From Lingula anatina (Eukaryota; Animalia; Brachiopoda): a DNA stretch of 64,000 nt. How positions within the stretch are numbered: position 1 is the first letter of the stretch; each line of letters opens with the position of its first letter. Both the position numbers and the translations under genes were made by a program. Under the pieces are notes generated by a model, which was given only the letters and a program-made list of their open reading frames with translations, had not been told where the DNA came from and searched no databases. Location of the stretch: assembly GCA_051362555.1 (NCBI GenBank), contig CM120644.1, forward strand, positions 6,270,954 through 6,334,953. Direction: 5' to 3'. Positions 24,242 to 36,136 of the stretch are shown piece after piece.

Positions 24242-26544
24242 CTGCCCACATGGCTAGAAAAAGGTCACTTGAAAGTTGAAACTGCCCATTGAAATCAACA
24301 TCTGTTAGACTACTAGTATTTTTTTATGTTCTTTTTTAACTTGGGTCAACTAAAAGGGGTAAAAAGGTGCACATTGTCATCTCGAAGAACATTGTCTGTA
24401 TATATGATTATAAAACTGTAACTGGTCTATATCTGTAACTTAATTAGCCCCTGTAACTGGCCTGTATGTGTAACACCTCATTAGCTCGAAGGAACAAATG
24501 AGCTTACTAGTAATTAAAAACACTATGCCACTTATATAGCAGTAATGAGCTTCATAAGGCGCATAGAACTAGTAGAGTACTGTTTAAGTTCCTTATAGCA
24601 AAGCACTAGTCTAGAGGTACTGATTGATATAACCCAACCCACAGAGTGGTGTATTGCATGACTACACCTCATCTAACAGAATGTAACAATGAAATAAATC
24701 AATTAGAAAAAAAAACTGCTTTATGTATGCGTTTGGGTACCACAAAAAGACTTATAACAGTTTGGAAGCACCCCTTCCCCCTTACATATACTCCACCACC
24801 CCCTCCCTTTACAAATATAAAAAACAAGATCTTTTGGCTTCTTTGGCATCTCAGGATTAAAGAAGGGACTGTCATTAAGATCACTGAATTACAATATATA
24901 TGCCCCAAACAGTTTCTTTATTTTCATAAAATTCTTCCAGGGGGTTGTTGGGTTGGATGCGTGGAACTTAATGAGAAAAGCAAACTCATATCTTCAAATT
25001 CATCCACAGTTTTAAGTTTTAATGTCAACATCCAAGGGAAGTTCCCTAATGGTTTCTTTTATTTAAAAAAGCCATCCGAGGCCATGTTAATCAGGATGGC
25101 TACTGTACTAGTAAGTAATCCACACAACCCTTCACTTGCGTAAGTATATGGATCAAACTACAGTATGTCACCTGTGCTGACGACAGTCATGGTTTAGTAT
25201 CTAAAGCACTGGTCAATATCAGTTTATCCCGTCTCCCAGTCTATTCAGGTACTGGACACAGTAAATTGAGACACTTGAATGGAAATGACCACTTGTTATT
25301 TTAACAGAGAGTTACACAATCTGTTCAATAATCAACTCTGTAAATTTCCCTTATTTGACCTTCGGCAACATCCAACATTACTGAACTTTGTATGTGTCTT
25401 TCTATCTTATGTTAAACAAAGATATTCCACTCCATTTCAGAATGAAAAGTCAATTCAAGTTTGTCTCTACTAATAAGCCCTTTGGAATAAACATATAAGG
25501 TTTAATGGTTTTTCCCATTAAAGCAAAAAATAACTTGCTTTGATCTGGATAATTTAGAAAAAGTAGTCCACTTTAAAAGTACATTGACTGAGCAAGATAT
25601 TACTACTAGTAAGTTAATTTATGTCTTTTGCTCAAAGCAATGCCAAGTGCACCATGCAAATATGGATGAAAAAGCAGTCAAGAGAAAGAGAAAGAGGCCA
25701 TACTTCCAGATGGCTAAACCCATATACAATACAGACATTGTTATATTGCTTGGATAACAGGCTGGACAGGTAGTAGGCCAAAGCACTGTGGTCATGCCGA
25801 CCTCCCTGGCTGTTCTTCAAAACCCAAACTACATTCCTCATGTACTAGTACATTTTGGAAAATTACATTGTCTTGACAATGTAGAGTCAGACATTACTGA
25901 CTACCTCTTTATTTGGTTTATTCAACAATTGCAAATCACTCCATCTTGTGTATGTAGATCACTGTCTGAATCACTGATGTATTTGTTATCAACATTCTTG
26001 CTTTTATCAACAAATCAGCAAATTGGTTTGTTTGCTTGAAGACAGCATATCACATTTTCATGTATTGGCAATACTTTTTCAATAATGCTTGAAGATAATT
26101 CAATTAATATTTTTTTAAAAATAAAATTCCTATTCTCCTTAAAACAGCATTTGGTGCATTGTTAGGAGTAGGTGTTAGTGGGGAGGAAGGGGGAGGGGGA
26201 GAATAGAGGGGCCACATTTGTAGCTCACCTCTCAAACCGAAGTTATTTAAACACATTAAAGTCAAAACTAAAAACATTTGAGAACTACCTAATACATGCG
26301 AGCTGGTTTGAGTGTGTGGAACTAAACAATATACAAAATTCCATGTGGCAGTTCCAGTTCATGACCTTAGCTCAGTGTTTCACCCCTGCATTCCATTATA
26401 ATCATATGAGGAAATACCAAGAAATTCAGAGAACACTGATGGCATCGTAAGGAAAAGATGCATGACTGATAACAACAAGGAAATTTTTAAGTCTGTCATA
26501 AATATATGGTATCATCTCTGATGTCCACCAAGAGAAGAAGAGAT

Positions 26545-26582
<38 letters not shown>

Positions 26583-26593
26583 TTGTATGTGTT

Positions 26594-26677
<84 letters not shown>

Positions 26678-28291
26678 GGCTCGACATTAGCGCCTGTCCG
26701 CCTGTCCGGGACAGGTAAAAATTCAGTTCGGACAGGTGAAGTTGCAGGGTTGGCTGTCCGAAGGACAGGTCATGTTTTATGAGAAATTTGGAGCAAAAAT
26801 CTTTAAAAAATCATTTTTTGTTGCATACTAACGTCTTTTTGCCTCTTCCTAGACGACATTGAAAAGAGTGACCTACTTTTGGCACAAAACACATGCAGTC
26901 GCAAAACGAAGTCTGAGCAAACTTACCGCCAAATTATAAAAGTGAACACCCTCCAGAACTTCAGCAGACAAAATTTATTCACATATCAGGTTCACTACTT
27001 AACATTTATTTAGTAAAAAATCTACGTGCTCTAGTAATAATGACACTTCCTAAAACAGAAACTACACAAGTACTGTGCTGGAGCCAGATTGGACTGGATG
27101 AACTGGCTATATCTAGTTCGTTGTCAAGGCAACATACTGCCTGTCAATCAAACACGTATGCTATCTGCTTACTATAGAAAGTGAAATCTTTGGGACTGAA
27201 GATCTTGTTGAAATGTTGTTTATTTGCCAAAATATAACCTGAAATTTTGTATGATGTTTTCTTTAATGACTCTAGCATCACCTCTGTTATTTTCAGTTTA
27301 AAATTTAGTGCTGGAATATGATAAATTAACATTGCTCTCATATACCAGTGTGATATTGATGTAAGGAAGAAATTAGTAATAACAGATATGAGAATTTAAA
27401 TAAAAAGAAGGGGAACTTTTTTATACTGATTTTATTTAATTCATATATTTTTAAAAAAATCAAACATGTGATAACCCCTTAAGAAGTTAAATTGTTAACA
27501 TAAATATAAGTAAAGTATTATAAAATGAATATTCTTTGATTTTCATTGAAATTGAACTTTATTCAAATATTATAAATTTTGAATATTTTAATAAAATTAA
27601 TTTAACAGTACCCCCTCCCCACTTCCAGCTCAGGTTTTTTTTTCTTTTTCTTTTTTTAGCTTTGGTTAAACTTCATGTGAATCTGTTATCAAATATTGCA
27701 GACTTACAATTAGTAGACCCTGTACCCCAAATCCTAGGAGAAGCCCTGATGTTAAATATCAGACTTATATGCAAGATTAAATCTTCAGGAGTTCACAAGT
27801 ATGAAAAAACAACTTTTTATCTGAACATAAATTCACTTTAAGGTGCATTTTCGGGGCTCATATGATTGAATGTTTGGGTAATATATACATTAATTTAAAT
27901 GTATGACTACACATATTAATTGACAAAGTATAAAGGTATGAATAGAAAAAAATTATTGGTTTTGTAGACAGGTTGGATTGAAAATCGGACAGGTCAAATT
28001 TATGAGCACCTGTCCGAAGGACAGGTGCTCATAAAAGTTAGTGTCTAGCCCTGAGAGTGTTATATATTTTGTTTGTAAGGCTCTGTTCTCACAACTTTTA
28101 GATCGATCTATCACCGCGGGGAGTCTCACTAGATTACTGTCAGATAATCCCCCTTAAGTGTCCGTCCCCGCCTACTACAAGCTTTAAGGGGTAATTAACT
28201 TTCGTGTCCGCCCGGCTGACAGCTATTTAGCGTGAACCCCCAGGGAGTTAGGTCGATCCAATGTAGGTCGATCTAATCTATGAGAATGGGG

Positions 28292-28331
<40 letters not shown>

Positions 28332-29153
28332 TAACCACTAATATCAACCTCAGACAGACTTACTAGCACATTACACAAGCAAGGATGTTTTCACCTCTTC
28401 ACATGGCACGTTGTTGGAGTAAACAAATAAGTTAAAACCCCTAATAATTATAATTTGTCTAACCTTCAGACGATTCATAATCTGAAATCCACACATCATA
28501 AGAAAATGACAAAAAATCTACTCCCCGTCTCTCATGAGATTGTCACCCAAGCCAATCTGACATTTATATATACAGCATACAGTAATATGGTGTGTGGAAG
28601 ACAAGTGATGCCACTCAGCCAACATCAATTCATGTCACATTTTGAAAATAAAATCTAGATTCAAGACACAGAAGCTTAATTACATCTAACACTGAATAAT
28701 CCACATTAAGTGAGACATGAAGTATTTACACTGCCACTTAAACCAGGGAAATCTGAGATTTAAAAACCTTTTGACTTGGACTTGACACACAAAGGAATGA
28801 CAATTCAACACATGGCTTGGGGCTCAACTCATAATATGTGACATGTCAAATTAAAAGAGAGAAAACGTGAGTAACGGCAGTTAAGTCTATGTAGAGACCA
28901 AACGAAACGTCATCATTAAACTTCAAACTGAAAAACTGATTTTAAATGGGACTTCTTCACACTGTGTCTCTGACACCAACTTCACTGCTGAATCATACAC
29001 GCTGATTTCCTACCCACAAAAAAACCAAAACAGTCATCCGCAAGTCTCTGTTATTACATGGGCTTGAAAGTTGGACAGTGGAGTGTCATTATGAAAAAAT
29101 TCCTTACCTTCGTTCGTAAAAAGATTCCATATTTTTGTGAAAAGGAGACCCAT
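6419..29153 (-). CDS. ARL5: ADP-ribosylation factor-like GTPase 5 (ARL5A/B orthologue), 179 aa
   Basis: Exons 29153-29108, 17811-17751, 16660-16513, 15433-15350 (4a), 8175-8024, 6467-6419; all GT-AG with consistent phases, total 540 nt. MGLLFTKIW (Gly2 myristoylation), [40 protein letters not shown] match the ARL5 family. Confidence 0.97.
7209..7412. mobile_element. Degenerate MITE family, copy 1 (PIF/Harbinger-like)
   Basis: Internal inverted gatcgacctaactccctgggg / ccccagggagatagatcgatc; related copies at 7715-7968 and 28078-28292. Confidence 0.6.
7715..7968. mobile_element. Degenerate MITE family, copy 2
   Basis: Shares the gggtt(t/c)c.atac.tagat start and gatagatcgatcca...gggaatggtcc end with 7209-7412. 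Confidence 0.6.
8480..8525 (-). pseudogene. Decayed partial copy of ARL5 exon 5
   Basis: ccttccag|aat ctc aac aag tca gta ttg ata ttt (NLNKS-VLIF) versus the true exon cttgcag|gat ctc aag aag tca gca gta tta ata tac ([10 protein letters not shown]); stop shortly after. Confidence 0.65.
8555..8704 (-). pseudogene. Decayed near-full copy of ARL5 exon 5
   Basis: ctttccag|[15 protein letters not shown] versus [14 protein letters not shown]; further patches (tgtattcagctg, ttaaatc, ttaagg, gtggaaata) are collinear with exon 5; contains stops and indels. Confidence 0.75.
10076..11903. mobile_element. Nested element with inverted arrays of ~17-bp subterminal repeats (Mutator/Foldback-like)
   Basis: (ccgatactcccccgca)n at 10080-10230 and (tgcgggggagtatcgg)n at 11690-11900; ctagaat flanks both sides. 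Confidence 0.7.
12144..12298. mobile_element. Small inverted-repeat element inside the long-TIR transposon
   Basis: attccgcatattat / ataatatgcggaat and tacatgtggttcat / atgaaccacatgta. Confidence 0.55.
14773..14856 (-). CDS. ARL5: Alternative ARL5 exon 4b ([28 protein letters not shown])
   Basis: Same length (84 nt) and phase (0/0) as exon 4a; 16/28 aa identical; ttgttatgttacag acceptor, GAG|gtagga donor, TACTAAC branch point at 14894-14888. Confidence 0.85.
26547..26673. repeat. Compound (GT)n(GA)n microsatellite; others at ~13113, 15854, 20550, 24200, 28297, and (TTTA)n at ~41035
   Basis: Direct reading of the sequence. Confidence 0.95.
26675..28053. mobile_element. Non-autonomous hAT-like transposon (~1.38 kb)
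   Basis: TIRs cagggctcgacatta / tagtgtctagccctg; clustered ggacagg/cctgtcc subterminal motifs at both ends; agagt on both flanks. Confidence 0.85.
28078..28292. mobile_element. Degenerate MITE family, copy 3 (inverted relative to copy 1)
   Basis: gatcgatctatc...ggggagtctcacta and cccccagggagttaggtcgatcca are reverse complements of segments of 7209-7412. Confidence 0.6.
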
Positions 29154-29569
29154 TTTGATGTGTTCACCTTCCTCTCCTTCCTGGCCTTCTTGTGGTTTCC
29201 GGAACCCAGATGACAAACTTGTAAATAGTCCCTTAATCCCTCTCGCGAATGACGTCAAATGAGGGAAGTTTCTTTAACAATACACAGGGAAGATTTTATT
29301 TATAGCTCGTTAGCAGTTCAAGCGGAACTGACGTCATGGATTTACACGGTTGTGATCGACTCAAACGCGCATTATAAAGATGGACAAGTATAAATAGATG
29401 TATATAATATATATATAATAGCTAACAGTTTATAAATTGGAGAAATTATGTTAAAAATTACTTTCAAAGATATAAAATATGATGATTATTTATCTCATTC
29501 CTCAGGAATACCATAAACTTTTGGGAATATAATAAACATTGCACGTGCATAATGCAACATAAAAACAGC
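29154..29569. promoter_or_regulatory. Bidirectional promoter region shared by ARL5 and LAGE3
   Basis: 416 bp between divergent ATGs; locally CpG-rich; two TGACGTCA (29250, 29329), tctcgcga at 29241, cggaactgacgtca ETS/CRE-like motif. Confidence 0.7.
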
Positions 29570-32500
29570 ATGGAGGAAGTGGACGAAGAAAGGTCGTTGA
29601 CAATGTATCCTTGTATTGCAGCACAGCATTAGTCTTTTACTGTCGGTTTATTAATAGTTTGTGTCTTCAGGTCCCTCATTATACTCAGACACTGAATGTG
29701 TCTGCATATATTGTGTTCTCTGTATCTGTCCGTTGCCGCCAAACACCTAGCTCGGTAGATGTTTGTGCCCTCTTGCTCACCCTGGGGGTAGGCTTTATTT
29801 TTTATTTTCTTGGGTTTTTCGTAGAGGCTTGTAGACTTCTTCGGTAAAAAGAAGGCGGGTTGCTTAAGGAGATCGTCGCATTCAAAACATTTCACCGAAA
29901 TTACTGATTATTATTTTTTGATTTAATTATTATTATTATTATTATAATTGGTAATTGTACCACCAGCGTTAGCGCTGGCGGTACACATGGTTTCGGTCCC
30001 GTCCGGATCGTTCCGCCGGCTCCGCCGGCTCCGTTGGCTCCGTTGGCTCCGCCGGCTCCGCCGGCTCCGCCGGCTCCGCCGGACGGCTACCGTTACCGCT
30101 TCTCCTCCTAGACGGTAAGGGCCCCCGTACCCATCTCATGGATTTAGGTCACCTATAATCTCAACTCGTTCCACGTAAAATTTGGGCTTTGTCGGTATTG
30201 GGGTCTGGGTGTGGCACTCATTGCAATGCACCCTTGTCTAAAAATGGCAAAATTAAATGCTAATTATCTACCCTACGGAAGGAGTTATGGGAAAAATTTC
30301 TATAGACGGCTTTCCAAAAGTCATATGTGTAGATTTCAAATATACCCTTGGATTTGACCTTTGACCTCTACTTCAAGGTCAAATGGGCCAAAATTTTCAA
30401 AAAAATGAAATTTTTTACGAAAAAAATTTTTTTTGCCCTGTTATTCAGACACCACACAGACTTAACCAATAATATTATTGAAAAGTGTTACCCTTCAGGT
30501 CATCTTTCATCTCCATGAATTTGGGGTCCATCGGTGCATTTTCACGGGAGTAGCGGCCATAAGATACCGAAACTGAAAACTGTCTCTAATTCGGGAACCG
30601 TTAATGCTAGAGACCCATTCTTTTTTGCATTTTGTAGAGCATGTAAAGCCCAACACTGGAGGTGGTCTCGGTTTTTTTGTATTCCATACGGTTTTCGAGT
30701 TACGCTGTATCAAAAAGTACATATTGGTGGTAAAAGCAAAATGTGCAGTACGGTAATGGATAATAAATTTTGAACTCTGGAAAAATAAAATATAAGGCTT
30801 GGCAAAGCAGACAACTTGTGTTCAAAAGTGACATTATTTCATCAAATTTGAACTTCTGAAACTTCAGAGCACCTCCTATTTCAAGAATTTTGACCAAAAT
30901 GACATTTTCTTTATTTTAATTAATTTTTTCTGTACGAAATTTAAGGCACATTATGGTAACTCCAAAATTATAACATCTAGTCCCTTATATCTCCAAAACT
31001 GGCAGAGATAGGTCCATAGTTACTATTGAAGTTGAATATGAAGTCATATACTGGCAATCTTACTATGACCTTGAAATTGACCTTTAACCTACTTTTCACC
31101 ATGAACTGAACTTTGCAAATTTTTTTTCCCTTTTATCTCCAAAACTGGCAGAGATAGGTCCATAGTTACTATTGAACTTGAATAGGAAGTCATATACTGG
31201 CAATCTAAATGTGACATTAAAATTGACCTTTGACCTACTTTTCACCATGAACTGAATTTTGCAAATTTTGCTTTCCTTTTATCTCCAAAACTGGCTGAGA
31301 TAGGTCCGTAGTTACTATTGAAGTTGAATAGGAAGTCATATACTGGCAATCTAAATGTGACCTTAAAATTGACCTTTGACCTACTTTTCACCATAAACTG
31401 AACTTTGCAAAATTTGCTTCCCTTTTATCTCCAAAACTGGCAGAGATAGGTCCATAGTTACTATTGAACTTGAATAGGAAGTCATATACTGGCAATCTAA
31501 ATGTGACCTTAAAATTGACCTTTGACCTACTTTACACCATGAACTGAATTTTGCAAATTTTGCTTTCCTTTTATCTCCAAAACTGGCTGAGATAGGTCCA
31601 TAGTTACTATTGAAGTTGAATAGGAAGTCATATACTGGCAATCTAAATGTGACCTTAAAATTGACCTTTGACCTACTTTTCACCATAAACTGAACTTTGC
31701 AAATTTTGCTTCCCTTTTATCTCCAAAACTGGCAGAGATAGGTCCATAGTTACTATTGAACTTGAATAGGAAGTCATATACTGGCAATCTTACTATGACC
31801 TTGAAATTGACCTTTGACCTACTTTTCACCATGAACTGAACTTTGCAAATTTTTCTTCCCTTTTATCTCCAAAACTGGCAGAGATAGGTCCATAGTTACT
31901 ATTGAACTTGAATAGGAAGTCATATACTGGCAATCTAAATGTGACATTAAAATTGACCTTTGACCTACTTTTCACCATGAACTGAATTTTGCAAATTTTG
32001 CTTTCCTTTTATCTCCAAAACTGGCTGAGATAGGTCCGTAGTTACTATTGAACTTGAATAGGAAGTCATATACTGGCAATCTAAATGTGACCTTAAAATT
32101 GACCTTTGACCTACTTTTCACCATAAACTGAACTTTGCAAAATTTGCTTCCCTTTTATCTCCAAAACTGGCAGAGATAGGTCCATAGTTACTATTGAACT
32201 TGAATAGGAAGTCATATACTGGCAATCTAAATGTGACCTTAAAATTGACCTTTGACCTACTTTACACCATGAACTGAATTTTGCAAATTTTGCTTTCCTT
32301 TTATCTCCAAAACTGGCTGAGATAGGTCCATAGTTACTATTGAACTTGAATAGGAAGTCATATACTGGCAATCTAAATGTGACCTTAAAATTGACCTTTG
32401 ACCTACTTTTCACCATAAACTGAACTTTGCAAATTTTGCTTCCCTTTTATCTCCAAAACTGGCAGAGATAGGTCCATAGTTACTATTGAACTTGAATAGG

Positions 32501-34510
32501 AAGTCATATATTGGCAATCTAAATGTGACCTTGAAATTGACCTTTGACCTACTTTTCACCATGAACTGAACTTTGCAAACTTTTCTGCCCTTTTATCTCC
32601 AAAACTGGCAGAGATAGGTCCATAGTTACTATTGAACTTGAAAAGGAAGTCATATACTGCCAATCTAAATGTGACCTTAAAATTGACCTTTGACCTACTT
32701 TACACCATGAACTGAATTTTGCAAATTTTGCTTTCCTTTTATCTCCAAAACTGGCTGAGATAGGTCCGTAGTTACTATTGAAGTTGAATAGGAAGTCATA
32801 TACTGGCATTATAAATGTGACATTAAAATTGACCTTTGTCCTACTTTTCACCATAAACTGAACTTTGCAAATTTTGCTTCCCTTTTATCTCCAAAACTGG
32901 CAGAGATAGGTCCATAGTTACTATTGAACTTGAATAGAAAGTCATATACTGGCAATCTAAATGTGACCTTGAAATTGACCTTTGACCTACTTTTCACCAT
33001 GAACTGAATTTTGCAAATTTTGCTTCCCTTTTATCTCCAAAACTGGCTGAGATAGGTCCATAGTTACTATTGAAGTTGAATAGGAAGTCCTATACTGGCA
33101 ATCTAAGTGTGACCTTGAAATTGACCTTTGACCTACTTTTTATCATGAACTGAACTCTGCTAATTTCTTTCTCTTTTAACTTCAAACTTGACAGAGATAG
33201 GTCCATAGTTACTCTTGAACTTGAATAGGAAGTCATATACTGGCAATTTACTGTGACCTTGAAATTGACCCTTGACCTACCTTACGAAGAACTTAAATTT
33301 GATTGTACCATATATATTTTTTGCAATAGTTAAAAAATTCTTGTTGATTGCATTTTTACAGCTTGTCAAGCACAAAACTGGTGGCTGTGTCCCTTATTTT
33401 GTGTATGTGGGGGTCTATACAAATGCGTTTGCTCCAGCTGGTGGTACAATATTTGGAGGCGGTATCGCCTCTCTGATCCTCTAGTTTCTTTTTTATTTTT
33501 TGACTTTAATATGTTGTTTAGCTACTGTCCCAGTAATGTAGCCTTTTGATATGTGTTTAAATAACTCATCAGTTCGATTTGAATATTATGACGTATAACA
33601 GGGTTTGGACCCATCCAAAAATTTTTAAAGTAATATATATATATATCTTTTTACATTTGGGTTCATAAATACCAGTGCAGCAGATGTAAAAATAATGTAT
33701 TGCATAGTATTTTTCTCTTCAGTTAAATTTGTATATTAATATAGATATACTCAACATGGTCCATACTGGATGTATGATAATTACTATGAGTATGTAGTGT
33801 TAATCATTAATAATGGAGCTCCCGTGCATCTACATGTATATACCAGTACCTGTGATTTCAATATGTAGAACCAAGTAATTTGTCACACATTTAATGCTTA
33901 GTTCTTTGTTTCATTTCCTTGACCAATGACTTTATCAGGGATCTCAGTGTACCGTTCAGCAGTATAAGAGAGGCAGAGATAGCATACAGGACTCTGAGTG
34001 TAGACAAGGAACCCAAGAGGGGTGGAGTGAAGAAAACTTTCACTCTTAATGAAAAAGTTTTGCAGATGTAAGAGGTTTCCTAGTCTTATTAAGAAAATAA
34101 TAAAAGGACATCTGTCTGAGATAAGTTTGTGAAGTTAAATTCATTTATCATAAAGCAAATTATGTTCATTTTATGAAATAACGGATGTGCTTGTATCATT
34201 TAAACTGCAACACCAGTTTGAACCAGAATAAGATTATGTTGTTTGAATATTTAGTATATGTACATTGTTTAAAATTGTATGGTTTTTTTTGTCAGTATAA
34301 GATATAAGAGTTATTGCTGCATTGTCTAGCTTTCTTTGCATAAGTAAAATATATTTTTAGGATGGTTTTGATATATATTTGTATTTTCATTCCAGACACT
34401 TTCAAGCCAAGGAAGCAAGAACATTACGTGTTAGTGTTAATTCATTCTTGGATCATTTGACATTAGTGACACAGACTATAGAACAATTTGGACCCCCTGT
34501 GGACACATGA
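29570..34510 (+). CDS. LAGE3: EKC/KEOPS complex subunit LAGE3/Pcc1, 92 aa
   Basis: Exons 29570-29604, 33939-34067, 34396-34510 (279 nt): MEEVDEERSLTMDLSVPFSSIREAEIAYRTLSVDKEPKRGGVKKTFTLNEKVLQIHFQAKEARTLRVSVNSFLDHLTLVTQTIEQFGPPVDT*; the LSVPF..EAEIA..L..D.EP and LR.SV..FLD.L.LV..T...FGPP motifs are those of Pcc1/LAGE3. Confidence 0.93.
29605..33938 (+). other. GT-AG U12-type (minor spliceosome) intron 1 of LAGE3
   Basis: 5' site GTATCCTT; branch sequence TTTCCTTGAC at 33914-33923, branch A 16 nt before the 3' end; no intervening polypyrimidine tract; phase-2 join restores the frame. Confidence 0.88.
29954..33484 (+). mobile_element. Helentron-associated non-autonomous element (HINE/DINE-1-like), copy 1, with 16 x 146-bp central satellite
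   Basis: subTIRs attgtaccaccagc / gctggtggtacaat, 5' hairpin gtaccaccagcg..cgctggcggtac, (ccgccggct)n microsatellite, central array ~30980-33280, 3' hairpin gaggcggtatcgcctc then ctag, T-rich target. Confidence 0.88.
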
Positions 34511-36136
34511 CAAGCACTGTAGATGTCACTGCAGTACAAGAAAAACTCTTCAACATTCTGTGATAGCTGTAGCACTGGTCTCTACTAGGAGCTGAATGGA
34601 ACAAAAGATCAATGCAGTGTTCAGCGGTGGGGAGTTGTTGGTGTAACAGTAATGCTTGGAAGAAATCTTAATGAACAGGACTTTAGTGTGATAGATGGTG
34701 TCAGAGAAATAAGATTGGGTGATTGAGGTTGAGCGACTGTTACAGACATGAGAAGTAAAATTAGTTACCCTCCTACCTCACAATTTATGAATGGCATTTT
34801 GAATCTGAAGTTATTCCATGTTTTATAATCCGAACCCATGATTTCATTGAAATGGTTCAGCCTATCTTAGAATGTCTTTAGATACCCTGCTTTTGTTTAA
34901 AGGTTAAGTTGTTAATATTAACAATATTACCTTCAGCTGACATGACACTCAGAGTATTCAGGTTTTTCCTCAAAGCACTTACTGGGCCTCACATGGCATG
35001 GCAGTGAGTATAAACTGATATGTAGGGAGTGTATAGTAATTGTAATCTTACATGTACTAGTAGCTGCCTGGAACATTGCAATTTTTCACTTTTTTTTTTT
35101 CACTTTTAAGACAGATCATGAAGATCAGTGATTCAAACCTCAGGAGTCATGTATGTGAAGCTTGAAATGAAAGAATAAACTTATCATGGCTAATGAAAGA
35201 TCATGCTAAATATGTGTTTTATGAGTGATGTTCAGTCGAAAATGTGGAAAATGCATGGTTTTTATAGTCTTTCCATATTGTTTAAGGTTTTTCTATATGG
35301 TCACACATAGTATTTTCTGTAGAAATGAAGATGAAATGATGGCATAAAGCAATGTTTGTTTATTATGATTGTAAGTTGGTAATTGATTGATACTTGTAGG
35401 TATTGTGCAAAGTTGAAGAAAAACTTTAAGCCCTAAACATAAAAGGTATATTAGCAACAGTCTTTTATCGACATCAACTAATTTCACAAATGTTTTGCAG
35501 TTTTATATGGATAAAAACAAACATCGCCTCTTACCTTCCAAAGAGGGGGACATGAGGGGAGGGGGGATGGCGTTTATTTTTTAAAAATTGGTTTTCACAC
35601 TGTGTTTAAATGTCCATTCAAACTTAACCTCTTTCATTTTAAAAATAAAATTAAAAAAAAAATCATAACACCATGCATCATGTCAATTTCATTTTGTAGG
35701 TACTGTATTTATTAATGATTTTTGAGTATTAATTTCAAAGAAAATATTTTATAACAAATGGTTAAGTTAAAAACTTGTACAAAAACACAGTAAAAAAAGC
35801 ATACCAAAAGTAATGCTTTAATCCATACTGCTGTGCAATGGATTAAGAGAGTGTTGTAAAAGGTAATAAAACTTGCAAATAAAAATGTTTTGCAACCATT
35901 TGTCGACCCATCCCCCCCCCCACAGCAGTTAAAAATTGTTTATTATGTACATTGGTATGTCCTTGTACACAGGGCATAAAAGAATAAAGCTACGTTTGGC
36001 TGGTCATCTAAAATATCTCTTGTATACCAATTAAAGAGCAAAGATAATAGAGATGTATATAAAAAAAAAGAAATCCGCATTTGAAAATAAATGTTACCAA
36101 ATGATAAAAATTATTATTATTATTATTATTATTAGT

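Noticed and set aside
24646-25143. 165-aa plus-strand ORF in ARL5 intron 1
   Set aside because: Non-ATG start, no recognisable domain, intron-like composition with embedded TACTAGTA
29154-29258. In-frame N-terminal extension of ARL5 suggested by ORF 29034-29258
   Set aside because: It starts at a TTG in the promoter; Met-Gly2 at 29153 is required for myristoylation and gives the canonical 179 aa
30980-33280. 146-bp array as a CRISPR locus, or ORFs 31381-31686, 32111-32416 and 32549-32854 as genes
   Set aside because: Monomers are repeated in full with no unique spacers, there are no cas genes and the context is eukaryotic; the ORFs are translations of satellite monomers
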